From an uncultured Acidobacteriaceae bacterium (GTDB lineage Bacteria > Acidobacteriota > Terriglobia > Bryobacterales > Bryobacteraceae): 64,000 bases of DNA. Location of the stretch: contig CAVUCO010000030.1 of NCBI GenBank assembly GCA_963740005.1, positions 81,232 through 145,231 on the forward strand, read 5' to 3'. Under the pieces are notes generated by a model, which was given only the letters and a program-made list of their open reading frames with translations, did not search any database and was not told the origin of the DNA. Below, one piece after another: positions 20,921-32,007 of this stretch; within the stretch, counting starts at the first letter, position 1, and the number at the start of each line of letters is the position of its first letter. The translations under genes and the position numbers were made by a program.

Positions 20921-21307
20921 ATGCCCAGCCGAACGCCCAGGTTGACCGCCAAGACATCCACGATCTACATCGCGACGGCCAGCCAGACGCACGTTTACCG
21001 TTCGGTGGGTGAGGTGCCGCCGCCGCTGCGCCGCCGCCTGGAAGAGACCACGACCGGCGCCAATTCTGCCACCATTCTGATTGCCGATAAGCGCGGGCGC
21101 GTTGAATTGGTTCGCGCGTTGCAAGGTCTGCCGTCCGATGTCCAGTCCCGCCTCGCTCGAACCATACAGTCCCGGCGCGCGAAGGCCGAGGCCCAGCGCG
21201 TCCCCCCGCCGCCCAAACCCCACCACACGGTCCGTTTCTGGGTCGAACTCCTCCTTCCATTTGGGGTGGGCGTTGCTTTGTGGCTTCTGCTGACCTTGCA
21301 TTCCTAG
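20921..21307 (+). CDS. Hypothetical protein with C-terminal TM helix
   Basis: ATG 4 nt after the LysR stop; hydrophobic C-terminus. Confidence 0.65.
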   Translation: MPSRTPRLTAKTSTIYIATASQTHVYRSVGEVPPPLRRRLEETTTGANSATILIADKRGRVELVRALQGLPSDVQSRLARTIQSRRAKAEAQRVPPPPKPHHTVRFWVELLLPFGVGVALWLLLTLHS

Positions 21308-21353
21308 AGCCACACAGCCGCCCCCTTTAAAGCCATTTAACTTTGCACCCGAT

Positions 21354-21794
21354 ATGGGGGATATGGAAGCTGCTACTCCAACATCCGGATTTGACTCTAT
21401 CGTCCACTTGCCGACAGCTGTTCCCGATGCGCCCCGAATAGATGCCCCCTGCCGTGTGCTGGGCTTTGGCGGCAACCGGCTGGCCCTGCTCACCGACCGC
21501 GATATTCCGCTTTGCGCTCCCCTCAGCGTCGAGCATGATGACGCGCTGTACTTAGGCGAGGTCGTCAAGTCGTGTGTTGCGGCGCGAACCGCTGGTGCGC
21601 ACCTAAATCACACCAACTACCACATTGAGGTCGTCATCGAGCAAGTCCTCAGTGGCTTGGAGAGCCTGGTCGCCCTGCGCGCCCGCCTCCTCGACGAACA
21701 GGCCCGGGCAGATGAACGGTTTGTCGAAGAACCGCGCCGCGACGACCACAACAACAGCGCCGTTCCAGTGCCGGTTCGGAAGCACCGCGGCTAA
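21354..21794 (+). CDS. Hypothetical protein (possibly PilZ-like)
   Basis: Co-oriented ORF; beta-rich LYLGEV..C pattern. Confidence 0.55.
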   Translation: MGDMEAATPTSGFDSIVHLPTAVPDAPRIDAPCRVLGFGGNRLALLTDRDIPLCAPLSVEHDDALYLGEVVKSCVAARTAGAHLNHTNYHIEVVIEQVLSGLESLVALRARLLDEQARADERFVEEPRRDDHNNSAVPVPVRKHRG

Positions 21795-21999
21795 GCACGT
21801 TCCTTGCCGTGGCGACTCGCCCTAGACTCGCGGTCAGAAAATCGAGCCGATCCGCGTTAATCAGCGGCCCATCAAGAGCTTATTTGCGATCAGTCAACCG
21901 AATTACCGCGTCCCCGAATCGCAGGTCGTTTATGCTGCAAAGTAGAGGTTTGCCTTCGAACCCGAGCCGGCTCGGGCGGAGTCTGCCTCACGAATCGTT

Positions 22000-22887
22000 A
22001 TGAGCAACCGTGTCGTAATCTTCGGAAGTGGTGGCCAACTGGGAGTGGAACTGTGCCGGGTTTTTGAAGGACGCGGCTGGTCCGTTAAGCGCTTCGACCG
22101 CCAGATGCTCGATATCACCAATTCCCAGGCGGTGGAAGCCGGGCTGGCCCAGGCCGACCCGCAGTTGGTGATTAACTCCGCCGCCTACAATCAGGTGGAC
22201 GTCGCCGAAAGTGAACCCCTTGCGGCGTTTCAAGCCAACGCTTTGGCCGTCCGGAACATCGCCATGGCCTGCCGCCAGGTGGATGCCCAGTTGGTGCACT
22301 TCTCCACAGACTACGTTTTTGACGGAACCAAGGGCTCCCCCTACGTCGAGACGGACCACACCCACCCCATGGGGGCCTACGCGGTCTCGAAACTGGGAGG
22401 CGAATTGTACGCGCAAGCGTATCTGGACAATCCGCTGGTCATTCGAACCTCGGGCGTCTTCGGACCGGGCGGACTATTTACGCCGCGCGGCAATTTTGTG
22501 GAGCTGATGCTTCGCCTCGCCAGGAGTGGCAGCCCAATCCGAGTGGTGGAGGATCACGTCGCGTCGCCCGCCTATGCGCCGGCGGTCGCCGAGCGCACCG
22601 CCGATCTGATCGGGAAGGGTCTGGGCGGCGTATTCCATATCGGCGGGGGCGAGGCGATTTCCTGGTATGAGTATGCGCGCATGATCTTCTCCCTCGCCGG
22701 CCTTAAGCCCGAATTGAAGCCGACCAACGAACGTGAATACCGCACTGCCGCCCGGCGCCCGAAATTCTCCGCCCTCTCGAATTCCAAGCTGGAAGCGGCT
22801 GGTGTCGCACCCATGCCGCCGCTACGTGAGGCCGTGAAGGCTTACCTGGAAGCGCGCGAGAAAGCTACTGCCCACCGTTCTTCGTAG
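22000..22887 (+). CDS. rfbD: dTDP-4-dehydrorhamnose reductase
   Basis: GSGGQLG, STDYVFDG, YAVSK and ARRP motifs. Confidence 0.95.
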   Translation: MSNRVVIFGSGGQLGVELCRVFEGRGWSVKRFDRQMLDITNSQAVEAGLAQADPQLVINSAAYNQVDVAESEPLAAFQANALAVRNIAMACRQVDAQLVHFSTDYVFDGTKGSPYVETDHTHPMGAYAVSKLGGELYAQAYLDNPLVIRTSGVFGPGGLFTPRGNFVELMLRLARSGSPIRVVEDHVASPAYAPAVAERTADLIGKGLGGVFHIGGGEAISWYEYARMIFSLAGLKPELKPTNEREYRTAARRPKFSALSNSKLEAAGVAPMPPLREAVKAYLEAREKATAHRSS

Positions 22888-23908
22888 CGTAGTAACCCTT
22901 GCGGGCCTGTACGATCAGATCGGGCTGCTTCACCTTGATTTCGATCTTCCGATACGACCCATCGCGCGCCGTGTTGGAAGGTGTGTAGCCCAGCGTGTAC
23001 TGGTTCCGCAGTTCTTCCTGCAGTTCTTTAAAGACATCCTGGAGCGTGTGCTTGCGGTCTACCGTGAAAACGTGCCCTCCGGTTTCGGTTGACATCTTTC
23101 GAAGATCGCCCTCGCCACCACCGCCAAACCCTCCCCCATATCGGCTGTAGAAGTACGGATCCACGTAGTAGAAGCTGTAGACGATCGTGTCCGACTTCTG
23201 CGCCTGCTCGACCGCATTTTTCACCGTGTAGTAGCTGCCCTGATCCTCACCATCCGTGATCAGCACCAGTGCCTTGCGCCCGACTTCGCCGCGCAGCTTC
23301 TCCGTCGCCGCCAGGTACACGGCGTCAAACAGTAGCGTGCCCTTAGGCTTTCCAATGCCCGGCACCGCGCCGGGGTTCATGATCGGGCCGCCGCCGTCCG
23401 CATGCAGGTCTTTCAGCCCCGCCATCAATAGCCGGGGCGAGTTCGTATAATCCTGCAGCAAGTCGGTACTCTTGCCGAAGGAAATCAAAAACGCTTCGTC
23501 TTTCGGGCGGATCACGCTCGCAAAAAAGGAGGATGCCGCATTTCGCTCGATGTCAATCAGGTTCTCCTGGCTGGCACTGATGTCGATCAGCAAGCCCAAC
23601 GTAAGCGGGATATCCGTCTCGCGGGAGAACCGCTGGATCTCCTGCTTCTTCCCGTCTTCATACAACTCGAAGTCCTCTTTGTTGAGGTTGGGAATCAACT
23701 GCCCCTTTTTCGTGCGTACTGAGAACAGGATGTTGACCAGATCGACATCCACTCGAATCACGGTCTGATCATCGGGCGGTGGTGGGTTCTGCTGGGGGGA
23801 TTGTGCAGTTTGAGCGCGGGCGGCCCCGAACCAAGCCGACATCCCAACGCCCGCCAGGAAACAGGCCAAGGCGGCCAGAGTCACGTTCCGAAACACTCGT
23901 CCTACCAT
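22865..23908 (-). CDS. Acidobacterial VWA-domain protein
   Basis: Signal peptide; DISAS MIDAS, ITDGED and RNQYTLGY; 3' end overlaps rfbD. Confidence 0.9.
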   Translation of the reverse strand: MVGRVFRNVTLAALACFLAGVGMSAWFGAARAQTAQSPQQNPPPPDDQTVIRVDVDLVNILFSVRTKKGQLIPNLNKEDFELYEDGKKQEIQRFSRETDIPLTLGLLIDISASQENLIDIERNAASSFFASVIRPKDEAFLISFGKSTDLLQDYTNSPRLLMAGLKDLHADGGGPIMNPGAVPGIGKPKGTLLFDAVYLAATEKLRGEVGRKALVLITDGEDQGSYYTVKNAVEQAQKSDTIVYSFYYVDPYFYSRYGGGFGGGGEGDLRKMSTETGGHVFTVDRKHTLQDVFKELQEELRNQYTLGYTPSNTARDGSYRKIEIKVKQPDLIVQARKGYYATKNGGQ

Positions 23909-24084
23909 CGTTTATTAGCTTATCGCTCCCCGCTAACCCCCGCTCTGATCCGGTCGGCGTAAAGTCCGTCACTATCTCTGACGGATGACGGTCGTTGCCT
24001 GTTTCAAACACCTCAGGGGCATTGATCAACGCTCGCCTCGGCTCGAAAATTCTGTGTGAGAATGATTGAAAATGAAAGGAGTGT

Positions 24085-24669
24085 TTGATGCATAGTCGGA
24101 TCCGCCCGCTGCTCCTGCTCATCGCGGCGCTGTGCTGCTTCGCGCTGCCGCTCGCCGCCGAATCGGTCTCCGGAACTTTGAGCGGCGACTCAACACTTAC
24201 GCCCACCGGCACACCGGGAGTTTACATTCAAAACTTCTCGGGTCTTGGAGACGATCTGTCGCTCGGAAGCTTCACTATTGCGTCAATGTCAACCGCCGAT
24301 TTCTCGAACCCGCCACGCATCACCATTACGGGCCGGACGTTCAAAGAGACTTTTGTCACCGGGACGCTGTTCGGCACGAGTTCGGGAGACGGCACTGCGA
24401 CCGGAAACGGGACCGCAACCATCTCGATTGACCTCGCGTTCACCGGCGGCACAGGCAAGTTCGCCGGTGCCACCGGCGAAGCCACTTTCAGCGGAACCAT
24501 CACTCAGACTTCGGCAACCACGGAAAGCCTCACCGGCAACTATGTCGGAAGTCTCACCCCTTTTCCGGAACCAAGCAGCCTTCCCGTCTTTGCATTTGTG
24601 AGCCTGATTATGCTTGGCTATGCGGCAGCAACCCCGCGACTGCGGCGGCGGCGCGAGGAGCGTGGTTAG
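24085..24669 (+). CDS. PEP-CTERM-like exported Thr/Gly-rich protein
   Basis: Signal peptide; PEPSS followed by a TM helix and an RRRR tail. Confidence 0.8.
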   Translation: MMHSRIRPLLLLIAALCCFALPLAAESVSGTLSGDSTLTPTGTPGVYIQNFSGLGDDLSLGSFTIASMSTADFSNPPRITITGRTFKETFVTGTLFGTSSGDGTATGNGTATISIDLAFTGGTGKFAGATGEATFSGTITQTSATTESLTGNYVGSLTPFPEPSSLPVFAFVSLIMLGYAAATPRLRRRREERG

Positions 24670-24740
24670 AATCTTCTGAAGTCCGAGACGCCGGGAAAAC
24701 GACTTGAACTCGCACGCTTCATAATGGGTAAAACATCACT

Positions 24741-25343
24741 GTGAAGCGCGCACTCACTCACCTCCGTAAAGCCGATCCGGTTCTCGCCGGCATCATCAAG
24801 ACGGTTGGACCTTACCAGCTGCTACTACGGGAACCGACCATCGAAACCCTCTGCCGCTCGATCGTCTACCAGCAGGTCAGTCGCAATGCCGCCGCCACCA
24901 TCTTCGGCCGCCTCAAGAAAGCTGTGGGCCGCACTTTCAACGCGCGAAACATCCTGAAGCTATCTCCGGAAGAGTTGCGCGCCTGTGGTCTTTCTCAGCA
25001 GAAAACGGCCTATATCCGCGACCTGGCCGATCGCGTACTCCGCAAAGAGATCGATTTCCGGCGTCTGCCTGAGATGACCGACGAGGATGTCATTGAGCAC
25101 CTGACGCGCGTCAAAGGAATCGGCGTCTGGACTGCTCAAATGTTTCTCATATTCGCCCTCGAGCGGCCCAACATCCTGCCGGTTGCCGACCTGGGGGTAC
25201 GCAACGCCATCATGAAAGCTTACGGTCTGACGGAAGCCCCGGCGGCTGCCGATTTGGTCAAGATCGCAGAGGCATGGCATCCGTATTGCTCGGTTGCGAC
25301 CTGGTATTTGTGGCGCAGTCTCGACAGTCCGGCCGAGATCTGA
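24741..25343 (+). CDS. DNA-3-methyladenine glycosylase II (AlkA-like, HhH-GPD)
   Basis: IVYQQVS, VKGIGVWTA, PVADLG and W.PY.S.A..YLW motifs. Confidence 0.9.
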   Translation: MKRALTHLRKADPVLAGIIKTVGPYQLLLREPTIETLCRSIVYQQVSRNAAATIFGRLKKAVGRTFNARNILKLSPEELRACGLSQQKTAYIRDLADRVLRKEIDFRRLPEMTDEDVIEHLTRVKGIGVWTAQMFLIFALERPNILPVADLGVRNAIMKAYGLTEAPAAADLVKIAEAWHPYCSVATWYLWRSLDSPAEI

Positions 25344-25350
25344 GCAACGT

Positions 25351-26214
25351 TTAGAAGCTGATCTCAGCCGGGAAAAACTCGGCCATCAAATCGTCGTAAT
25401 ACGGCTTCACTTCTTTCAGTTTCGGCCGATCGGCGCCCTTCGAGTACAGGTCGTACGGGTTGAACTTCCGTACCCAGCCGAACATCTCGACATCATGATC
25501 GTTCATCAAATGGCGATAGGCGCCGTGCCGGTGAGCCGCGTAGAACGAGTGATAGCGCAGCATATACTGCGCCGGCTCGGGCAAATAGTTCTTCGTGACA
25601 AAGTAAATGTATTCGTCGTGGCCCCACGACATGTCGACCTTGTCCAGTCCGCAGTTCGGCTCGTAGACGCCGTGGAGCGTCTGATATTCGGGAACCTTGC
25701 TATCGGGATTCGCGGCAAAAAACTCCGGAAAGACAATCTGGTCCGAATAAGCGCAACCCACCGGGAAGGTGTCGCCAACCACAGCCCACTGCGGTTCGCC
25801 ATACAAGCAAAGCACCTTTCCCAGATCATGAACCAAGCCGGCCGCCACAAACCATCGCGGATGGCCGTCCTTGCGGATCGCCTCGGAAGTCTGCAGCAGA
25901 TGTTCAATTTGGGTGAGGTCGGTATCAGGATCGCTGTCGTCAACCAGCGTGTTCAGGTAATCCAAAGCCGACCAGATGCTCATTTGGCCGCGCTGCAGTG
26001 CCAAAAACTCGCGCTTCTTGGCCAGCACAAAATCACGCGTCTGGTGCGTGTGGTTCTGGCGGTAGAACTCCGTCACAGTCGGATTCGCATCCGCCTGATA
26101 GTTACGGAATTCCTCTTCGCTTTTGCCTTGCTTATAGCGCTCAGCAACAAAGTCATCCCAATCGTCGACCGATTTCATGGGACCTTTGGCTTCACTGACT
26201 GATTGTGCGTGCAT
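25351..26214 (-). CDS. myo-Inositol oxygenase (MIOX)
   Basis: [37 protein letters not shown] and FNPYDLYSK motifs. Confidence 0.93.
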   Translation of the reverse strand: MHAQSVSEAKGPMKSVDDWDDFVAERYKQGKSEEEFRNYQADANPTVTEFYRQNHTHQTRDFVLAKKREFLALQRGQMSIWSALDYLNTLVDDSDPDTDLTQIEHLLQTSEAIRKDGHPRWFVAAGLVHDLGKVLCLYGEPQWAVVGDTFPVGCAYSDQIVFPEFFAANPDSKVPEYQTLHGVYEPNCGLDKVDMSWGHDEYIYFVTKNYLPEPAQYMLRYHSFYAAHRHGAYRHLMNDHDVEMFGWVRKFNPYDLYSKGADRPKLKEVKPYYDDLMAEFFPAEISF

Positions 26215-26422
26215 GTTTAATCCGGCCTCGAAGCGAACAGGATGCTGAAAGGCATAAACCACCTACCGTGGCACAGGCCTTCAGCCTCTGAAAGATCCTC
26301 CAACAGCCTCTCTTCAGTGTAAGCCGATTTCCTCCAGCACCGCCGCGCCTCAGCAATCGCAGCCACAGGCCAGCTCAAGAAATGTTGCGGTGTGCGCAAA
26401 AGCCGTTTAAGATGCGAAGGCA

Positions 26423-28108
26423 ATGCGTTCAATCCTCCTTTGCCTGCTGATGGCAGTCCCTCTCGTCGCCGACGATCTGACCGATCTCTCCAACGACTTC
26501 TGGAACTGGCGAGTCTATGAGCAGCCGTTTTCAGAAGACGACATTCCCCGCCTCGATCGGCCCCCGAACTTCGTCACTGACTGGTCCCCGGAGAAAGTGG
26601 CCCAACGGCGAACGGAACTGGCCGCCTTCGAGGGCCGCTTCAAAGCGATCGACGTGAGCGGCGAGTCGATTCCACTTCAGGTGGACTACCGGCTCATCGG
26701 TTCCGCCTTGGCGCGAGCCCGTTGGGAATTCGATATCGAGCGCGGCTGGCAGCGCAATCCCGTTTTCTACATCCAGCAAACATTGGGAAGTATCCAGTTG
26801 TTACTGCTGCCGCCGCCACCCTTCGACGCGACACGTCAGTCGGAATTGGTCAAGCGAATGAAATCGATTCCCGCAACCGTTAAGTCAGCCGAGGCAAACC
26901 TCACTGACATGCGGCAGCCATTTGCCAAACTGGCCATCGACGCCCTGGAAGATGTCCCAGCGCGCTTTGCCGCCATGGTCAACGCCCTTGGTCCGCAGTT
27001 GGACGAGGCCTCACGCCAGGAACTACTCAAAGCGATGCCGGCCGCGATTGACGCCCTGTTGCAGTTCCGCTCGTGGCTCCAGGAAAAACTGGAATCGCTG
27101 CCTCCGGATACCGCTATCGGTCGCGAAAACTACGAATACTTCCTTAAGCAAGTTGCGCTGCTTCCCTATTCGCCCGAGCAGTTGCTCGCCATGGGCCGCC
27201 AGGAGTGGGAGCGTAGCGTTGCGTTCGAATCCTACGAAGCATTGCGGGATGCCAAGTCGCCCGAGCTCACCTTGTTTCCAAATCAGGCCGCGCAAATCGA
27301 GCGGGAGGCGAAGGACGAACAGGACATTCGCGATTACTTGATCAGCCACAAATTGCTGAGCGTGCCGGTCTGGATGAAACACTATCGCAACCTGCCATTA
27401 CCCGACTACGTGCGGCCCTTTGCGGCTCTCGGCGTCACCGACGACTTGACCAGCGCCAACAGACTCACCCAGAATGGCACCAGCTACATCCGCCACCCTT
27501 CGCTGACGCTGGGATACTTCGCTCTGTCAACCGCCAAGGATCCCCGGCCCATCATCGTCCACGAAGGGGTTCCGGGCCACTATTTCCAGCTCACTTTGGG
27601 TTGTACGCATGAGGATCCGATTCGCCGCCACTACTACGACTCTGGCGCCAATGAAGGCATCGGTTTCTACGCCGAGGAAATGATGTTGCAGGCCGGCCTG
27701 TTTGACGACAGCCCGCGCACCCGGGAGATCATCTACAGCTTCATGCGGCTCCGCGCCCTTCGCGTGGAGGTCGACGTGAAACTCGCACTGGGCCAATTCA
27801 CACTTGATCAGGCCGCTAACTATCTCGCCAAGACCGTGCCCATGGATGCCACCACAGCCAAGGAAGAAGCTGCCATGTTCGCGAGCACGCCGGGACAGGC
27901 CATTTCCTATCAGATCGGCAAACTTCAGATTATGAAGCTGCTGGCCGAGGCCCGCGAGAAACAAGGTGCCAAATTCGCGCTACGCGCATTCCACGACTCT
28001 CTCTGGAAGAATGGGAATGTTCCTATTTCCTTGCAACGCTGGGAGATGCTCGGCGACATGAGTGACGTTCCTGCTGTCGCGCTCGCAAAGCCCGAAATCA
28101 GCCACTGA
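26423..28108 (+). CDS. DUF885 family secreted protein
   Basis: HEGVPGH, EG...YAE and PGQAISYQIG motifs. Confidence 0.85.
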   Translation: MRSILLCLLMAVPLVADDLTDLSNDFWNWRVYEQPFSEDDIPRLDRPPNFVTDWSPEKVAQRRTELAAFEGRFKAIDVSGESIPLQVDYRLIGSALARARWEFDIERGWQRNPVFYIQQTLGSIQLLLLPPPPFDATRQSELVKRMKSIPATVKSAEANLTDMRQPFAKLAIDALEDVPARFAAMVNALGPQLDEASRQELLKAMPAAIDALLQFRSWLQEKLESLPPDTAIGRENYEYFLKQVALLPYSPEQLLAMGRQEWERSVAFESYEALRDAKSPELTLFPNQAAQIEREAKDEQDIRDYLISHKLLSVPVWMKHYRNLPLPDYVRPFAALGVTDDLTSANRLTQNGTSYIRHPSLTLGYFALSTAKDPRPIIVHEGVPGHYFQLTLGCTHEDPIRRHYYDSGANEGIGFYAEEMMLQAGLFDDSPRTREIIYSFMRLRALRVEVDVKLALGQFTLDQAANYLAKTVPMDATTAKEEAAMFASTPGQAISYQIGKLQIMKLLAEAREKQGAKFALRAFHDSLWKNGNVPISLQRWEMLGDMSDVPAVALAKPEISH

Positions 28109-28231
28109 ACCCCGTGAAACAGCCGCTTCTCGAACGGCATCCACCTATGTGTGTCACGCTGATGATTTGAGTCGTCAGCCTACGCACTAGTGAAAGCACC
28201 GACGACGGTGCTTGACGCATTCCCTTCAACC

Positions 28232-29881
28232 ATGCAGAAATCAATTTCTATCTGTATTCTCACCGCGCTTGCCGCTTTAAGCCTGCTAGCGCAAGCACCG
28301 GCGGCGCTCCCATCTGGCGGCTCAAGTGCTCCGGTGCAAACCGCTCAGGATCCGTTAGGCCGCTCATCGCCGCAGTCGACCATGTACGGATTCCTGGAAG
28401 CCTGCCGCAAACACGACTATTTGAGAGCCATGCACTTCCTTGATCTCCGCGATAAGAAACCGGAAGAGCGTCTTAAGGTTGGTCCCGAGCTGGCGCAGCA
28501 GCTTCAAGAGATTCTCGACAGAGACAGCCAGTTCGACCTGTCCGATTTGAGTGCCGAGCCGGCAGGGGATCGGTCCGATGGTCTGTCCCCAGATCTTGAC
28601 GAGATCGCTACGTTTACTTTCGGAAAAACAACCCAGACGCTGCAGCTGCAGCGGATAGTTGGAAAACGAGGCTATCAACTGTGGCTGGTCTCATCAGCCA
28701 GCCTGAAGGAAATCCCTGATTTGCACCGGCGCCTCACCGAAAACCCGCTCGAGAACAGTCTCCCTGCTCCACTGGTCGAAACGCAGTTTCTCAGCACCGC
28801 CGTCTGGAAGTGGCTTGCCTTCGGTCTGCTCGTCATTGCGCTGTTTGTGCTGTCGGGCCTTCTGTCTCGAGCCATCGTATCGATCTTTCGGCGCATGTTT
28901 TCGCGCGGGTTCGATTCCGTGCGTGGAGTAACGTTTCGGGAGTTCGTGAATCCCGTTCGACTGCTCCTATCTCTCGTGGTCTTCCGCGCTTGCGAAGAGA
29001 TTATCGGCCCATCCGCACTGCTGAGGCTTTATATCGACCGCCTGCTGACATTGCTCATCTTCCTGGCGGGGGCGTGGCTGGCGAGCAGTCTGGTCGACGT
29101 CGCTTCCGATCGCATTCGTGTCCGCGCCAGCCCGCGGCAAGCTGCCGCCTGGTCGTCCATCATTCCGCTGTTTGGCCGAATCATCAAGATCGTCATCTTC
29201 CTCGCGGCGATCCTCGAGACGCTCTCGAATTGGGGGTACAACACCAACACGCTCCTGGCGGGGTTAGGCGTCGGCGGCTTGGCGATCGCACTGGCAGCGC
29301 AGAAAACGCTTGAGAACTTGTTTGGTGGCGTCTCCGTCATCGGCGACCGGCCCGTGCTGGTCGGCGACTTCTGCAAATTCGGCGCTCAGTCGGGCACGAT
29401 TGAGGACATCGGCCTGCGCTCTACACGCATTCGCACCAACGACCGGACCGTGGTCAGCGTTCCCAATTCACAGTTCTCCACCATGACCCTTGAAAATCTA
29501 TCGAAGCGCGACCGCTTTCTCTTCAATCAGGTGCTGCATCTTCGCTTTGACGCCAAACCGGCTCAGATCCAGCAGGTGATTGACCGCCTGAACAAGCTCT
29601 TCACATCCCACCCCAAAGTGGATCCCGGCAAAGTTCCGGTGCGCTTCACCGGCATCGGAACGTATTCGTTCAATCTGGAAGTCTTCGTTTACATCACGAC
29701 CATTGACGGCGATGAGTTCAATGTCCTTCAATCCGAGCTGTTGATGAAGATTCTGGCTATTGTAGAAGCGGCGGACACCGGTCTCGCTATTCCTATACAG
29801 GAGAACATCACCATCCCGGCCCACACTGATGAGAGTGTGACCACGGCCCCGCCCCAGCCGGTTGCGCCGGGCCGCCAATGA
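28232..29881 (+). CDS. MscS family mechanosensitive channel
   Basis: LAGLGVGGLAIALAAQKT, GTIEDIGLRST and VPNS motifs. Confidence 0.93.
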   Translation: MQKSISICILTALAALSLLAQAPAALPSGGSSAPVQTAQDPLGRSSPQSTMYGFLEACRKHDYLRAMHFLDLRDKKPEERLKVGPELAQQLQEILDRDSQFDLSDLSAEPAGDRSDGLSPDLDEIATFTFGKTTQTLQLQRIVGKRGYQLWLVSSASLKEIPDLHRRLTENPLENSLPAPLVETQFLSTAVWKWLAFGLLVIALFVLSGLLSRAIVSIFRRMFSRGFDSVRGVTFREFVNPVRLLLSLVVFRACEEIIGPSALLRLYIDRLLTLLIFLAGAWLASSLVDVASDRIRVRASPRQAAAWSSIIPLFGRIIKIVIFLAAILETLSNWGYNTNTLLAGLGVGGLAIALAAQKTLENLFGGVSVIGDRPVLVGDFCKFGAQSGTIEDIGLRSTRIRTNDRTVVSVPNSQFSTMTLENLSKRDRFLFNQVLHLRFDAKPAQIQQVIDRLNKLFTSHPKVDPGKVPVRFTGIGTYSFNLEVFVYITTIDGDEFNVLQSELLMKILAIVEAADTGLAIPIQENITIPAHTDESVTTAPPQPVAPGRQ

Positions 29882-29903
29882 ACCGTACCCAAGAAAGGCA
29901 CCC

Positions 29904-30731
29904 GTGACACCGGACTATGTTTGCTACCGAACCCCAAAACCAATCGCACTCGATGGCTCCCTTTCGAGCGGCGCTTGGCGAACTGCGCCACGATCGCCGC
30001 GCTTCGTCGACATGGTCACGGGAGATCCCGCCTACTTTGACACCCGCGCCGCTGCCTTGTGGGACGAGCAGAACCTGTACGTAGCGTTCTGGATCGAAGA
30101 GCCGTTTGTCGAGGCTGCCTTGACCGAACGCGATTCGCTCATCTTCAGCGAAAACGATGTCGAGGTGTTTATCGATGGCGGCGACTCTTACTACGAGTTC
30201 GAGATTAACGCGCTGGGAACCGTTTACGAGGTCTTCTTCATCTGGCAGGATGCGCTCCAAACCGGGTCTCGCTTCGACGTGCCCGAATTCGATATCCGCT
30301 CCAGGAAGGCCTTCTCCTTCGGCGGCGACTTCGACCGCAATCCGAAAACGTTCTGGCGCGGTACGCATCCCAGGGGATGCCGCTGGGCTTTCCTCGATTG
30401 GGACTTCCCCGGCATGAGCTCGGCCGTTCACGTTGACGGGCAGATCAACCAGCGAAGTTCGGTCGATCGCGGCTGGACCGTTCAAGTCACTTTTCCATGG
30501 ACCGGAATGCACTGGCTCGCAAATGGCCGGCCCGTTCCGCCCAACGACGGCGACGTCTGGAAGATGTTCTTCGGCCGCTTCGAGAAGTTGACCACCAGCG
30601 GAGTTGAATTGACGCCGCATCCCGCCTGGGTATGGACCAAACATGGCGTGTACGATACCCACATGCCGGAACGCTGGACTTCGGTTCGCTTCTCATCACA
30701 GGCACTAGGTGATGGTCCTGCAAACACTTAG
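29904..30731 (+). CDS. CBM9-like sugar-binding domain protein
   Basis: LDG...W..A, LWD..NLY, D.VEVFID and YYEFEINALG; GTG start after an AAAGG RBS. Confidence 0.8.
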   Translation: MTPDYVCYRTPKPIALDGSLSSGAWRTAPRSPRFVDMVTGDPAYFDTRAAALWDEQNLYVAFWIEEPFVEAALTERDSLIFSENDVEVFIDGGDSYYEFEINALGTVYEVFFIWQDALQTGSRFDVPEFDIRSRKAFSFGGDFDRNPKTFWRGTHPRGCRWAFLDWDFPGMSSAVHVDGQINQRSSVDRGWTVQVTFPWTGMHWLANGRPVPPNDGDVWKMFFGRFEKLTTSGVELTPHPAWVWTKHGVYDTHMPERWTSVRFSSQALGDGPANT

Positions 30732-30845
30732 CCGCGATTCACGGTTTCCGCTTCGACCATTACGCTAATCTGAAGCTAGTCGTGCGGCGGCTCATGCTGC
30801 GAGTATTGCTCGCGCGGCCGCCCTTCTTTTGCTAACGAAAACCCT

Positions 30846-32000
30846 ATGAAATTCCCGGTACTCCTATCGCTGGCCCTGACCGCCAGTTTTCTCACCTCCG
30901 GTTGTTCCGCCGTTCGTATGACCTCCGTCGAGGCCGGCAGTGCCGCTCCCAACGCCCCGTCAGGCCCAATCAATGTGCTGCCCGGTATGCCGCCGGTTAT
31001 CGATCCGAATGACATCTATTCTGAGGATCGTCCGGGCAAACTGAGCCCGGTCGTTGCGAACTTCCCGTCGCGCATTTACGTTCCGAACGCCGGCAGCAAT
31101 TCAGTCGATGTCATCGATCCCGCCACGTACAAAGTGATCGATCACTTCCCGGTCGGTAAGGAGCCGCAGCACGTGGTTCCGTCCTGGGATCTAAAGAAGC
31201 TGTGGGTCACTCAGGATCTTGGAGATCAATTGACCATGATCAACCCCGCCACCGGCAAGAAAGGCGAGACCATCCACGTCGATGATCCCTACAACATGTA
31301 TTACACGCCGGATGGGAAGTACGCCATCATCATGGCGGAACGGGAACATCGCCTCGACTTCCGTGATGCGCAAACCATGCAGGTCATCAAGCGCGTGTCC
31401 ATCGTGTGCGAAGGCGTCAACCACATCGACTACTCCATCGATGGGCGCTACTTTCTGGCTACCTGCGAATTCTCGGGCGAGCTTCTGAAGGTGGACGTCG
31501 CGGAACAGAAGGTGCTTGGCAAGTTGAAGCTCACACCCGTCGGGATGCCTCAGGATTGCAAGCTTTCACCGGACGGCAAGGTGTTCTACGTCGCGAACAT
31601 GGAAGCCAACGGCGTGCACCTCATTGACGGCGACTCGCTCAAGCAAATCGCGTTCCTTCCCACCGGCAAGGGTGCGCATGGTCTATATGTCAGCCGCGAT
31701 TCAAAGTACTTGTATGTATCCAACCGTGGCGAAGGGACCGTCGCGCTCGTCAGTTTCGCCACCCGTAAGGTGGTGACTAAATGGGTCATTCCCGGCGGCG
31801 GCAGCCCCGACATGGGTGGCGTATCCGCCGACGGCAAGATCCTCTGGCTCTCTGGCCGCTATCACAATGTCGTCTACGCATTCGATACTTCGAACGGCAA
31901 CCTGATTGCCAAGATTCCAGTCGGCAGGAACCCTCATGGTCTCTGCGTCTATCCGCAGCCGGGCCGATATTCGGTGGGCCATACCGGCGTCTTCCGCTAG
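30846..32000 (+). CDS. YncE/YVTN beta-propeller lipoprotein
   Basis: Lipobox LTSGC; YV.N and PVG..PH repeats. Confidence 0.85.
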   Translation: MKFPVLLSLALTASFLTSGCSAVRMTSVEAGSAAPNAPSGPINVLPGMPPVIDPNDIYSEDRPGKLSPVVANFPSRIYVPNAGSNSVDVIDPATYKVIDHFPVGKEPQHVVPSWDLKKLWVTQDLGDQLTMINPATGKKGETIHVDDPYNMYYTPDGKYAIIMAEREHRLDFRDAQTMQVIKRVSIVCEGVNHIDYSIDGRYFLATCEFSGELLKVDVAEQKVLGKLKLTPVGMPQDCKLSPDGKVFYVANMEANGVHLIDGDSLKQIAFLPTGKGAHGLYVSRDSKYLYVSNRGEGTVALVSFATRKVVTKWVIPGGGSPDMGGVSADGKILWLSGRYHNVVYAFDTSNGNLIAKIPVGRNPHGLCVYPQPGRYSVGHTGVFR

Positions 32001-32007
32001 TTCAAAC

